A DNA stretch of 64,000 nucleotides from a bacterium (lineage in GTDB: Bacteria > Electryoneota > Electryoneia > Electryoneales > Electryoneaceae): the NCBI GenBank assembly GCA_963669175.1, contig OY769902.1, forward strand, positions 2,496,001 to 2,560,000, in the 5' to 3' direction. Positions 17,828 to 26,421 of this stretch are shown in pieces. Positions within the stretch are counted from its first letter, which is position 1; each line of letters opens with the position of its first letter. The notes below the pieces were generated by a model. The model had not been told where the DNA came from. It searched no databases and saw nothing but the letters and a program-made list of their open reading frames with translations. The translations under genes and the position numbers were made by a program.

Positions 17828-19782
17828 GAAAACTTTCAACGCTTCTGTTCGCCGCAGTCCTGACACTCATGTGCGGTAACCTGGTACTGGCGCAGCCGGT
17901 ATCCTACGATGAGGCTTACGATATCGGCGAGCTGATGATAGTCGCCGAGAATACCTTCAAGTTTAACCCGGATCAACGTCATGCCGACCAGGACGCGGTC
18001 ATCCTGCTTGACAAGCAGTCCGTGGAATGGCTCGAAGATGGACGTTGCCGGACAACCATACACCAGATTGTCTGGATCAGTTCCGAGTACGCGATTGACG
18101 AATATGCTGATCTTCGTATTCCTTACGATGACTCACGCACAACCTTCGAAACCCTGTCGCTGCGTACCTGGCGTGAAAACAAGTGGTGGGAAGATCCCGG
18201 CACCAACACCGGTGGCGACACCATTCGCTATACCAGCCGTGTGGAAACCCTGCCGTTTGCGGTGGCGGAAGCTTACGACTACCAGGATATGCGTGAAATC
18301 ATGCTGCTGCACGACGGGATTGAGCTTCCCTGCATCATGGAAACAGCGTATGTCATCGAAGACAAGGAGCCTTTCCGTGGTGGCGCTGACGGGCTTCGTT
18401 TCTTAACGGCTAGCGATCCGGTGGTAAAGAGTGTATTCAGCTTCTCCGCACCACGCAGCACCAAGGCAAGGTTCGAGACATCTGATGATGTTGCCGATGC
18501 CGAAGAAGGCGTATCCGGAAATATCAAGACCTGGACCTGGACCCATGGGCCGGTAGCGGAAGGTCGCATGCCGAATATCGCGGATATGGCAACCTGCACA
18601 CCGTACGTTGCCTGGTCAACCTGGAGTTCCTGGCAGGCCTTCGGCGATCACCTGAACAAGGTGTGGACTGGCGCCATGACACTGGAACAGGATGTGAAGG
18701 ACAGTGTCGCCAACCTGGTAAAATATGCCTCCAACGATATCGCCAAAGCCAAAGCGATTGCAGCCTTCGTTGACCGGAACACTCGTCCGGTAACCTACGA
18801 CTGGCAGTTCTGGATGGAAAACCCACGCAGCGCGCAGCAAACGTGGGAAACCGCATACGGGCATGCGCTGGATCGTACCGTTCTGGCCGGGGCTTTGTTC
18901 ACAGAAGCCGGTCTTGAGGTTTTCCCGATGTTCCGCAGCAATACCTACACGGACGTAAACGGTGAAGCGCCGACAGTGGCACGTATGGATGCACCGGGCG
19001 TATGGGTAAGCGGCAAAGGCCTGGAAGCTTACTTCGACGCGGAACGCTGCAAACTGTCTAACGGTCTTTCACCGATATTCGGCCGTAGTGTCTGGCTGCC
19101 CAGCCGAGATGCGACACCGGTAGTCCGCTGGTCCGGCCAGGGTGAAGAAAACTCGCTGACAGTCACGCTGCCGCTTTCCTTCTGCCATGATTCCGATAAA
19201 TGGTATGGCGCCGGGTATTATGCCGCTGCTGGCGGGATGTGCGCCTATGATGCCATGGAAGGCTTCAAGGGCGAAGCTGAAAAGTATGTCGGCAAGGTCG
19301 TCGGCGGGGTTCTTTCCGGCAGTGACGTGGAGAACTTCAGCCCGTTGACATTTGACCGTTTCTCGGTAGAAGCCGGTTTCAAATTCAGCGCTTCTGTTGA
19401 AGATGCGGACGAGTTCGGACGTATTCCGGTGCATTTCGGTGAACCGAAGGGTGGCATTATTGACAGGCTTCCTTCAGACGTGCATCTTTACGATGAAAAA
19501 CGTGGTTCAACCGTATTCCTTCCGGGCGCCCTGACACAGACAGTACAGGTACGGCTGGAAGTTGGACATGGCGAAATCGTTTATAAGCCGGAAGATGTAA
19601 TTCTGGATAACCTGGCAGGTAAATTCACCATTAAATGTGAAATGGATGGTGATGTCCTTGTGATCACCAGGAAGCTGGAACTTCGCCAGAGTAACTATAT
19701 TGGTGAAGAATGGTCAGCATTACGGAACCTTCTGCTGGCGGAGACTGACCAGAGAAACAGCATGGTTCTGTTGAAATTCTAA
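17824..19782 (+). CDS. DUF3857 + degenerate transglutaminase-like protein
   Basis: ATGA overlap with the upstream gene; signal peptide; DAVIL, ADLRIPYD; GHALD replaces GxCKD. Confidence 0.8.
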   Translation: MRKLSTLLFAAVLTLMCGNLVLAQPVSYDEAYDIGELMIVAENTFKFNPDQRHADQDAVILLDKQSVEWLEDGRCRTTIHQIVWISSEYAIDEYADLRIPYDDSRTTFETLSLRTWRENKWWEDPGTNTGGDTIRYTSRVETLPFAVAEAYDYQDMREIMLLHDGIELPCIMETAYVIEDKEPFRGGADGLRFLTASDPVVKSVFSFSAPRSTKARFETSDDVADAEEGVSGNIKTWTWTHGPVAEGRMPNIADMATCTPYVAWSTWSSWQAFGDHLNKVWTGAMTLEQDVKDSVANLVKYASNDIAKAKAIAAFVDRNTRPVTYDWQFWMENPRSAQQTWETAYGHALDRTVLAGALFTEAGLEVFPMFRSNTYTDVNGEAPTVARMDAPGVWVSGKGLEAYFDAERCKLSNGLSPIFGRSVWLPSRDATPVVRWSGQGEENSLTVTLPLSFCHDSDKWYGAGYYAAAGGMCAYDAMEGFKGEAEKYVGKVVGGVLSGSDVENFSPLTFDRFSVEAGFKFSASVEDADEFGRIPVHFGEPKGGIIDRLPSDVHLYDEKRGSTVFLPGALTQTVQVRLEVGHGEIVYKPEDVILDNLAGKFTIKCEMDGDVLVITRKLELRQSNYIGEEWSALRNLLLAETDQRNSMVLLKF

Positions 19783-19801
19783 GTTTAACTCAAACTAATC
19801 T

Positions 19802-19850
19802 GCGGTCACATTCACGAGAGATGTTCTCTCACGGATGTGGCCGCTTTTTA
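19802..19850 (+). terminator. Intrinsic terminator
   Basis: GCGGTCACATTC..GAGAGA-tgt-TCTCTC..GGATGTGGCCGC followed by TTTTT. Confidence 0.75.
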
Positions 19851-19915
19851 TTTCTATACCTTGTTTGTGAATCCCTTTTGAAATATTTTGAAATGGGGGA
19901 AAACAGGAGTTATAG

Positions 19916-20551
19916 ATGATTCATGTACTTGTCGCAGATGACATGCTGGTCGTTCGCGAAGGATTGAAGACAATACTCAACAGAACGGGAGATATTCGAG
20001 TAGCAGGGACCAGCCGTACTTGCAAGGAAACCCTGGAAAAACTCAAAAGGGAATCCTTTGATATCTTGATTCTGGACCTTATCATGCCGGACAGGAGTGG
20101 GTTGGGACTGCTGATTGATATCAAACAGGCGGGCATTACTCTGCCTATTCTGGTCTATACCGGAAAAGAAGAATTCCAGTTTGGTATCGCTTGTTTTCAG
20201 GCTGGCGCCAAAGGGTATTTGACAAAAGAGGACGGCGATCTGACCAAGTTGCCCGATGCTATTCGTAACCTGCATACCGGAGGAACCTGGTGGAGTTCTG
20301 AACTCACTCATCGAATTCGATTAATGATCGAGAATCCTGATCTGCTGTCACCACATGAAAAACTGTCAGCAAGGGAATTCGAGGTTTTCTACATGATTGC
20401 AAGCGGCAAGGAAGTTAAAGAAATTGCTAACGCGCTTGATATTAAAAATGGTACTGTGCGAACGTATCGCGCGAGGATTGCCGAGAAAACAGGCCTGGAT
20501 TCTGACTACAAGATCATTCAATACTGCTTCCGAAGAGGCATCGTTGAATAG
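19916..20551 (+). CDS. NarL/FixJ family response regulator (REC + LuxR HTH)
   Basis: VADD, LILDLIMP, GAKGYLTK; LSAREFEV...KEIANAL...TVRTYRARI. Confidence 0.93.
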   Translation: MIHVLVADDMLVVREGLKTILNRTGDIRVAGTSRTCKETLEKLKRESFDILILDLIMPDRSGLGLLIDIKQAGITLPILVYTGKEEFQFGIACFQAGAKGYLTKEDGDLTKLPDAIRNLHTGGTWWSSELTHRIRLMIENPDLLSPHEKLSAREFEVFYMIASGKEVKEIANALDIKNGTVRTYRARIAEKTGLDSDYKIIQYCFRRGIVE

Positions 20552-20595
20552 CTATATAAGCAACGCCACCGGATCCGGTGGCGTTGCTTATATAG
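20552..20595. terminator. Perfect 44-bp palindrome between convergent genes (probable bidirectional terminator)
   Basis: CTATATAAGCAACGCCACCGGA|TCCGGTGGCGTTGCTTATATAG. Confidence 0.7.
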
Positions 20596-20629
20596 ATAAA
20601 AGGTATTGAATCGGAGTCTTGCACTTCGG

Positions 20630-22321
20630 CTAAAAATGCGCTTTCCGGAAAGGTTTCTGTTCCATACTGAAATACTCTTCTTTCCATTTCTGAACCTTCT
20701 TGGCCAGGAAGAGCAGGGCGATCAGGTTTGGGATAGCCATGAAGGAAAGGGCAACATCCCCGAATCCCCACGCCGCTTCCAATTTCAGATTAGCGCCGAT
20801 AAACAGTACAACGACAAACACCAGCCGGTATACAATCAGGCCTTTTTCACCGAACAGGTATATGGTTGCGCGGTCCCCGTAATAACTCCAGGAAATCGCT
20901 GTAGAAACGGCGAACAGGAAAACCCCAAACGTGATGATGTACCCGCCCCATTTTCCCGGCAATGCAGTTTCAAATGCCATTGAGGTCAACAACGATCCGT
21001 TTAAGAGGGTGTTGCCTGTTACTCTGACATCTTCATCATGCCCGCTGGGAGTATATAATACCAGCCTTTGTTCTTTCGATGCTTCATCTTCCTTGAAAAC
21101 CAATTCACCTTCAGCAACAGGATGCCAGTCACCGTTTTCATCGCAGGTTTCGAAGACATGCCCCATCAGGAAACCCTGTCCATGAAGGATGTCGTGATTA
21201 ACCAGCTTTCCGTCATGGATCGAGATGTTATCCTGCGCAATTGCTTCCGTGGTGACCTGGATACCATCCATGCTGGGAGTGGGTTGGGTATTTCTCTGGA
21301 TGATCTGGATGTCACCCAGCTCCAGCTCTGTGGGGAAATGCTTTGTATACACACCCGAAGTAATGATGGTCAAACCGGTCAGGGTACAAATGACAAGTGT
21401 GTCGATGAACGGCCCGATCATGGCGACGGTACCTTCACGAACGGACTTGTCTGTCTTGGCTGCAGCATGGGCGATAGGGGCGCTGCCTTGCCCCGATTCG
21501 TTGGAGAAAAGGCCACGTTTCACGCCCCACAACAGGGCCATCATGAATGTGGAACCCAGGAAACCACCGGTTCCGGCCTGAGGAGTGAAAGCGGATTTTA
21601 CGATCACTGCAAATGCGGAGGGAATCGCAGCATAATTCGTGATCAAAACATAAAGGGAAGCGAGGATGTATACGGCCGCCATGAAGGGCACCAGCCGACT
21701 GGCTACAAGGCCGATACGTTTGATCCCACCAAGGATGACCATGCCGACCAGGAGAGCCAGGATAATCCCTGTGGCCACTTTCGGGATGCCGAAATCATGC
21801 AGGAATGAATCGCTGACTGTGAAAGCCTGCACTGTATTTCCGGAACCAAATGAACTGATAATGGTACAGAACGCAAAGAGAATAGCCAACGGCTTCCAGT
21901 TTTCACCCAGTCCACGCTGGATGTAATACATCGGGCCGCCGGAAGAACTGCCATCCTTATGAATAGTGCGATATTTGATGGCGAGGGTGGCCTCAGTGAA
22001 TTTTGTGGCCATACCCAGGAAAGCTGTTACCCACATCCAGAACAGGGCGCCCGGACCACCGAAGTAGATTGCCGTGGCGACACCGGCAATGTTCCCGATA
22101 CCGATTGTAGCGGACAAGGCAGCCGAAAGAGCCTGAAGGTGGTTGATATCGCCTTCATCATCCGGATTGTCATAGATCCCTGCAATAACTCGCCAGGAAT
22201 GCCCAAAATGAAGCATCTGAACCAGTTTCAGGCGAATCGTGAGGTAAATACCGGTTCCGATCAACGGGAGGATGATGACCATCCCCATAATACTCGAAGC
22301 TTTGTCGATGAGTGCTTGCAT
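20630..22321 (-). CDS. Alanine/glycine:cation symporter (AGCS family)
   Basis: ATIGIGNIAGVA, GGPGALFWMW, GGPMYYI, RGLFSNESGQGS, DTLVICTLT. Confidence 0.93.
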   Translation of the reverse strand: MQALIDKASSIMGMVIILPLIGTGIYLTIRLKLVQMLHFGHSWRVIAGIYDNPDDEGDINHLQALSAALSATIGIGNIAGVATAIYFGGPGALFWMWVTAFLGMATKFTEATLAIKYRTIHKDGSSSGGPMYYIQRGLGENWKPLAILFAFCTIISSFGSGNTVQAFTVSDSFLHDFGIPKVATGIILALLVGMVILGGIKRIGLVASRLVPFMAAVYILASLYVLITNYAAIPSAFAVIVKSAFTPQAGTGGFLGSTFMMALLWGVKRGLFSNESGQGSAPIAHAAAKTDKSVREGTVAMIGPFIDTLVICTLTGLTIITSGVYTKHFPTELELGDIQIIQRNTQPTPSMDGIQVTTEAIAQDNISIHDGKLVNHDILHGQGFLMGHVFETCDENGDWHPVAEGELVFKEDEASKEQRLVLYTPSGHDEDVRVTGNTLLNGSLLTSMAFETALPGKWGGYIITFGVFLFAVSTAISWSYYGDRATIYLFGEKGLIVYRLVFVVVLFIGANLKLEAAWGFGDVALSFMAIPNLIALLFLAKKVQKWKEEYFSMEQKPFRKAHF

Positions 22322-22555
22322 GACATCTCTTCTGTATGGTTCAATGTCTTAATGTGTTTTCAAAAAGCAATTGGAGATATACGAGTTGATTGAGCTGAAA
22401 GGTTTAAGAAGAAAATGAATAATCGAGTGTTAACAAGAGCTTCTATCTCGTCTTATGGCAAATTGGAGTGTGTGAAGTTGCTAACTTCTCCGTATAGCTC
22501 CTGTTGAGAGAATTGCTTCATCTATTGAGTGAGCCCTTTGAGCTAACTGCTCTTA

Positions 22556-23968
22556 CTATAACCATTTCGTGAGAAGGATGGTCAGGGTGGCAATCGGGGC
22601 TACAATCCGTACCATCCAGATCCAAATCGAGAACAGGCTGAGTTTTTCGTTGCCGTCCTTAATTTCTGCTTTAACCTTCTTCGCTCCCCAAGCCCATCCG
22701 ACAAACAGCGCGATCATGATTCCACCAACAGGAAGCAGCACATTGGCGCTGAGGAAATCGGCAAAGTCAAAGAAGTTCAGACCGAACAGTTTTTTATCAC
22801 CCCACGCTCCAAAACTCATGGCTGAGGGAATGCCCAACAGGAATGCTACAATGGCCATGATGATGGTGGAGCGTTTACGGTTCCAGTGCCATTCATCCGT
22901 GGCAAAACTAACCAGCACTTCCAACAGGCTGATGGCAGATGTTACAGCGGCAATGGTCAACAACAGGAAGAAAAGTGTTGCGAGGAATGAACCGAAAGGC
23001 AACTCACCAAATACTGCCGGCAACACGATATAGGTCAATCCCGGCCCGCTTGACGGGGCAAGCCCGACAGAAAACAGGGCGGGGAAGATGGCAATGCCGG
23101 CCATGACGGCGATAGATGCATCCAGTCCCGCTACCCATCCGGCGCTGATAAAAATGTCTGTGTTCCGGTCCAGGTAGGAACCATAGGTGATCATTACGCC
23201 CATGCCAAGGCTGAGACTGTAAAAGGCCTGTCCCATAGCCAGCAGGATCACTTCAAACGTAAGCTTTGAAAAATCAGGTTTGAACAGGAATGCCAACCCC
23301 TCAGCGCTACCCGGGAGGGTCACAGAACGGAAAATCAACAGAACAAGTAATCCCAGCAGGGTTGGCATCAGGATCTTGGAATACCTTTCAATGCCCTTTT
23401 CAACGCCCTGACCAACCACCAACAGGCACAAAAGCATGAATATGAGATGAAATAACACCACCAGGCCTGAGTTGCTGACAAAGCCGGTGAACAGGGAACC
23501 TGTCATATGCTGACCGAACTGAATATGTATTCCCTGCGAAACAAGTGTCACGGCTGAAATGATGTCACCGGCAATGGTGGGGAGCAGGATTTCGCCCGTT
23601 GCGGACTGCTTGAGATAGAACAGCGTCCACCCGGCAAGCACTGAGTAGTAAGACAGGATAATAAAACCGGTTAGAATGCCGATCGCGCCGACAATCCACC
23701 AGGCGCTTTTTGGCATCAGGGCCTTGAACGCTCCTACCGGATTACGCTTGCTGGCGCGCCCCAAAGCGATTTCTGCCCCCATGATGGGCAATCCGACAAC
23801 AACAACGCAGGCAAGGTAGGCAATGAGAAAGGCGAAACCACCGTTTTCGCCGACTACATAAGGAAATCGCCAGATGTTACCTAAACCGATGGCGCTCCCC
23901 GCAGCCGCCAGAACGAAACCGAATTTACTGCCCCAGGTCTCACGACTCGAGTCACCGGATTGCATCAT
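22556..23968 (-). CDS. Sodium-dependent transporter, NSS/SNF family
   Basis: RETWGSKFGFVLAAAGSAIGLGNIWRFPY, QAFYSLSLG; start at MMQSG after GGAGG. Confidence 0.93.
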   Translation of the reverse strand: MMQSGDSSRETWGSKFGFVLAAAGSAIGLGNIWRFPYVVGENGGFAFLIAYLACVVVVGLPIMGAEIALGRASKRNPVGAFKALMPKSAWWIVGAIGILTGFIILSYYSVLAGWTLFYLKQSATGEILLPTIAGDIISAVTLVSQGIHIQFGQHMTGSLFTGFVSNSGLVVLFHLIFMLLCLLVVGQGVEKGIERYSKILMPTLLGLLVLLIFRSVTLPGSAEGLAFLFKPDFSKLTFEVILLAMGQAFYSLSLGMGVMITYGSYLDRNTDIFISAGWVAGLDASIAVMAGIAIFPALFSVGLAPSSGPGLTYIVLPAVFGELPFGSFLATLFFLLLTIAAVTSAISLLEVLVSFATDEWHWNRKRSTIIMAIVAFLLGIPSAMSFGAWGDKKLFGLNFFDFADFLSANVLLPVGGIMIALFVGWAWGAKKVKAEIKDGNEKLSLFSIWIWMVRIVAPIATLTILLTKWL

Positions 23969-24350
23969 ACGAAGCTTTCCTCCCTGGAAAGATGAGTGAA
24001 GCGTTACGGTAAAGGTCAAAAGTAGTCCGATAATGCTTTTCACGCAACCGGAAAGGCTCACTTGAGAAAAATCAAGACGTAAGCGGGTTCTTTGCTGAGA
24101 ATGTGTGTTCGCTGGTGGAACGAAAGGGAATGATGCAAAAAACCATTCAAGTGAAATGCGAGATAAAAAGCGCAACCCCGAGAAATCGCTCCATTTCCAA
24201 CCACCGTCTCTCCAGTCTCGCACAGAGAGACGTGATGATGAAAAATAGCCACAGAATAGCCTTTGCAAGCTATTGATTTTCTTTAAGGTGCAAACCTGTC
24301 TAAGTCTTTACTGAACAAATGTTTAATTTCATATATAAGGGTATTAGTAT

Positions 24351-24379
24351 TTGACAAACTGGGGTGAGAAGGTTACATT
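24351..24379 (+). promoter_or_regulatory. sigma70 promoter of the dcw operon
   Basis: TTGACA (24351-24356), 17 nt, TACATT (24374-24379). Confidence 0.85.
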
Positions 24380-24419
24380 GTGGGCGAAAAGGGAGCGAAG
24401 TGGGGCAAAGTGGAGCGAA
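24380..24419 (+). promoter_or_regulatory. MraZ-binding repeats
   Basis: GTGGG/AGGGA/GTGGG/GTGGA at 10-bp period (24380, 24390, 24400, 24410) directly after the -10 box, upstream of mraZ. Confidence 0.85.
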
Positions 24420-24545
24420 CTTCGGAATGAGTGATCGAGGTGGAAGAAGACAGGTCGCCGGATTGGACAGGGCGATACTTTTCACGCTTCGCATGCTTCC
24501 ATCGACTCGCACGGGGAGTGCAATCGTGTTCACGATGGCGGGATT

Positions 24546-25025
24546 GTGAGTTACTTCTACGAAACCCATCAAAACACCCTTGACGATAAAGGCCGTCTGG
24601 TAATCCCGGCGGCATTCAGGCGTGATGCGCCCCCGGAGATCCTCGCGGCAGACATGATGGTCACCCCGCACAAGGAGGGGTACCTGGAAGTCCGCCCTGA
24701 TGAAGAATGGCAAAAATACATCGAGTTTGTCAAGCAACAACCTGTGAGTGCGAAAGTCAAGCGGGAATACCTGCGAGCTCTTTACAGCACTTCACAGCGT
24801 GTTCGTATAGACCGTCAGAATCGCCTCATGCTTTCGCCCCGTTTGCGCAAGGTGGTAACCGGCACAGAAGATCCGGGCAAAGCAGAGGTCATCCTGCTGG
24901 GCGCCGGAACCTATTTCGAGATTCGTCCGACTGATTCCTTTGAGGGCGAAGATGCGATGATCGAGAAGGTTACGGACTTGCGGGATCAGGTCGAGGAAGC
25001 GATCGGGGAAGGGTTTTTCGGATGA
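24546..25025 (+). CDS. mraZ: Transcriptional regulator MraZ
   Basis: LDDKGRLVIPAAFR and IDRQNRLML motifs; first dcw gene. Confidence 0.92.
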   Translation: MSYFYETHQNTLDDKGRLVIPAAFRRDAPPEILAADMMVTPHKEGYLEVRPDEEWQKYIEFVKQQPVSAKVKREYLRALYSTSQRVRIDRQNRLMLSPRLRKVVTGTEDPGKAEVILLGAGTYFEIRPTDSFEGEDAMIEKVTDLRDQVEEAIGEGFFG

Positions 25026-25954
25026 GCGGGGTGGGGTGGAGTCCCCACGACCCGGTGTTGTGCGAACCGGTGATGGATCTACTGGTTCATGACTTGTCCG
25101 GCTCCTACCTGGATGCCACCGCCGGCGGCGGTGGCCACACCCAAGCACTGCTGAGACGATTGAACGAAAACGGACGGGTTATCGCTCTCGATCGTGACAG
25201 TGACGCCATCAGGCAGTTGAAACAGCGGTTTGAGTCAGATTCTCGGGTTACGGTTGTTCATTCCCCATTTGGCGAGTTGGATCAGGTTGGTGAAATCTTT
25301 GACCATTTACCGCTCGCCGGGGTTTTGTTCGATTACGGGGTATCCAGTCACATGTTGGATGTCGGCGAAAGAGGATTCAGTCATCGCGAAGAGGGTCCGT
25401 TGGATATGCGGATGGACCGTCGTAGCGGACTGACTGCGGCCGATGTCGTGAACGAATATGACCTGCACCGGCTGGTGAAGATTCTTTCGCAATATGGCGA
25501 AGAGCCGAGGTCGAAAAAGGTTGCTCGCAGCCTGGTGGAAGCGAGGCCGGTTCATACAACGACAGAGCTGGCAAATGTGCTCCGTCAGGCGGTTCCACAG
25601 CGTGACGAGGCGAAAACAGTCGCCCGTGTATTTCAGGCTATTCGTATCGAAGTGAACGGCGAGCTGGATGAAATCAAGGACGCGCTTCCACTGGCCGAGC
25701 AACGACTGGCGATTGGTGGCCGGATTGTTTGCATGGCCTATCACAGCCTGGAAGACAGGATTGTAAAACGCTATTTCGCGCAGCAGTCTCGTGATTGTTT
25801 CTGCGATCCGCATCAGCCGTTTTGTACCTGTGGTGGGGAAAACGCAACCCTGAAGCCGATCACACGCAAGGCCATCCAGGCGGATGATGCCGAAATCGCA
25901 AAGAATGTCCGGGCTCGCAGTGTCCGGGTACGTGCAGCGGAGAGGATACGATGA
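25022..25954 (+). CDS. rsmH: 16S rRNA m4C1402 methyltransferase
   Basis: HDPVL, DATAGGGGH, GVSS, PLDMRMD, FQAIRIEVN, YHSLEDR. Confidence 0.96.
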   Translation: MSGVGWSPHDPVLCEPVMDLLVHDLSGSYLDATAGGGGHTQALLRRLNENGRVIALDRDSDAIRQLKQRFESDSRVTVVHSPFGELDQVGEIFDHLPLAGVLFDYGVSSHMLDVGERGFSHREEGPLDMRMDRRSGLTAADVVNEYDLHRLVKILSQYGEEPRSKKVARSLVEARPVHTTTELANVLRQAVPQRDEAKTVARVFQAIRIEVNGELDEIKDALPLAEQRLAIGGRIVCMAYHSLEDRIVKRYFAQQSRDCFCDPHQPFCTCGGENATLKPITRKAIQADDAEIAKNVRARSVRVRAAERIR

Positions 25955-26421
25955 ACAAGCCGTCGACCTCAAAGACCATTATCCGGGATTATTACCGTGC
26001 GGCTGACCGTAAGCCCAGTCAACGTGTGCCGGTAAAGAAGTCGTCCCGTGGGTTCATGCTGATGCTGCTGATTCTTGGTTTCGTTCTTTCTGTGGCAAGT
26101 GTGTATATCGGCGTTGCACGGGTTTCCTATGGACGGAACATTCATCGCTTGCGTTCGGAAGTAAGCGAGCTGCGCAATGAAGTGCGTGACCTTGAAACTC
26201 AAAAAGCGCGTTTGTCTTCGTACTCGAATATTCAGGAAATAGCGGAATCGATGGGGATGAATTTTCCCCGTCAGGCTCCGAGAACTCTCCGGGTGAAGGT
26301 GCCGGGACATGCGGTTCCGCCGACCTGGAGCCGTGAATCGCTGGAAGCCAAATACGCCTATCGCAGTACAATCGCACCACCTCAAAACCTGTTGGCCCGG
26401 AAGGAGAAGGAAACGCCATGA
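25951..26421 (+). CDS. ftsL: Cell division protein FtsL-like
   Basis: Between rsmH and ftsI; one TM followed by a coiled coil and IQEIAESMGM. Confidence 0.75.
   Translation: MNKPSTSKTIIRDYYRAADRKPSQRVPVKKSSRGFMLMLLILGFVLSVASVYIGVARVSYGRNIHRLRSEVSELRNEVRDLETQKARLSSYSNIQEIAESMGMNFPRQAPRTLRVKVPGHAVPPTWSRESLEAKYAYRSTIAPPQNLLARKEKETP

Noticed and set aside
22322-22555. Glycine riboswitch upstream of the AGCS gene
   Set aside because: Only fragments (GGAGA, CTTTCAG) are present, without the conserved order or stems; an Rfam scan would settle it.
23969-24268. 100-aa N-terminal extension of the NSS transporter
   Set aside because: Family similarity and a good RBS start at 23968; the upstream part is promoter region.
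25790-25835. Cys cluster (CFC...CTC) in RsmH
   Set aside because: This insertion is common in RsmH proteins from many phyla.
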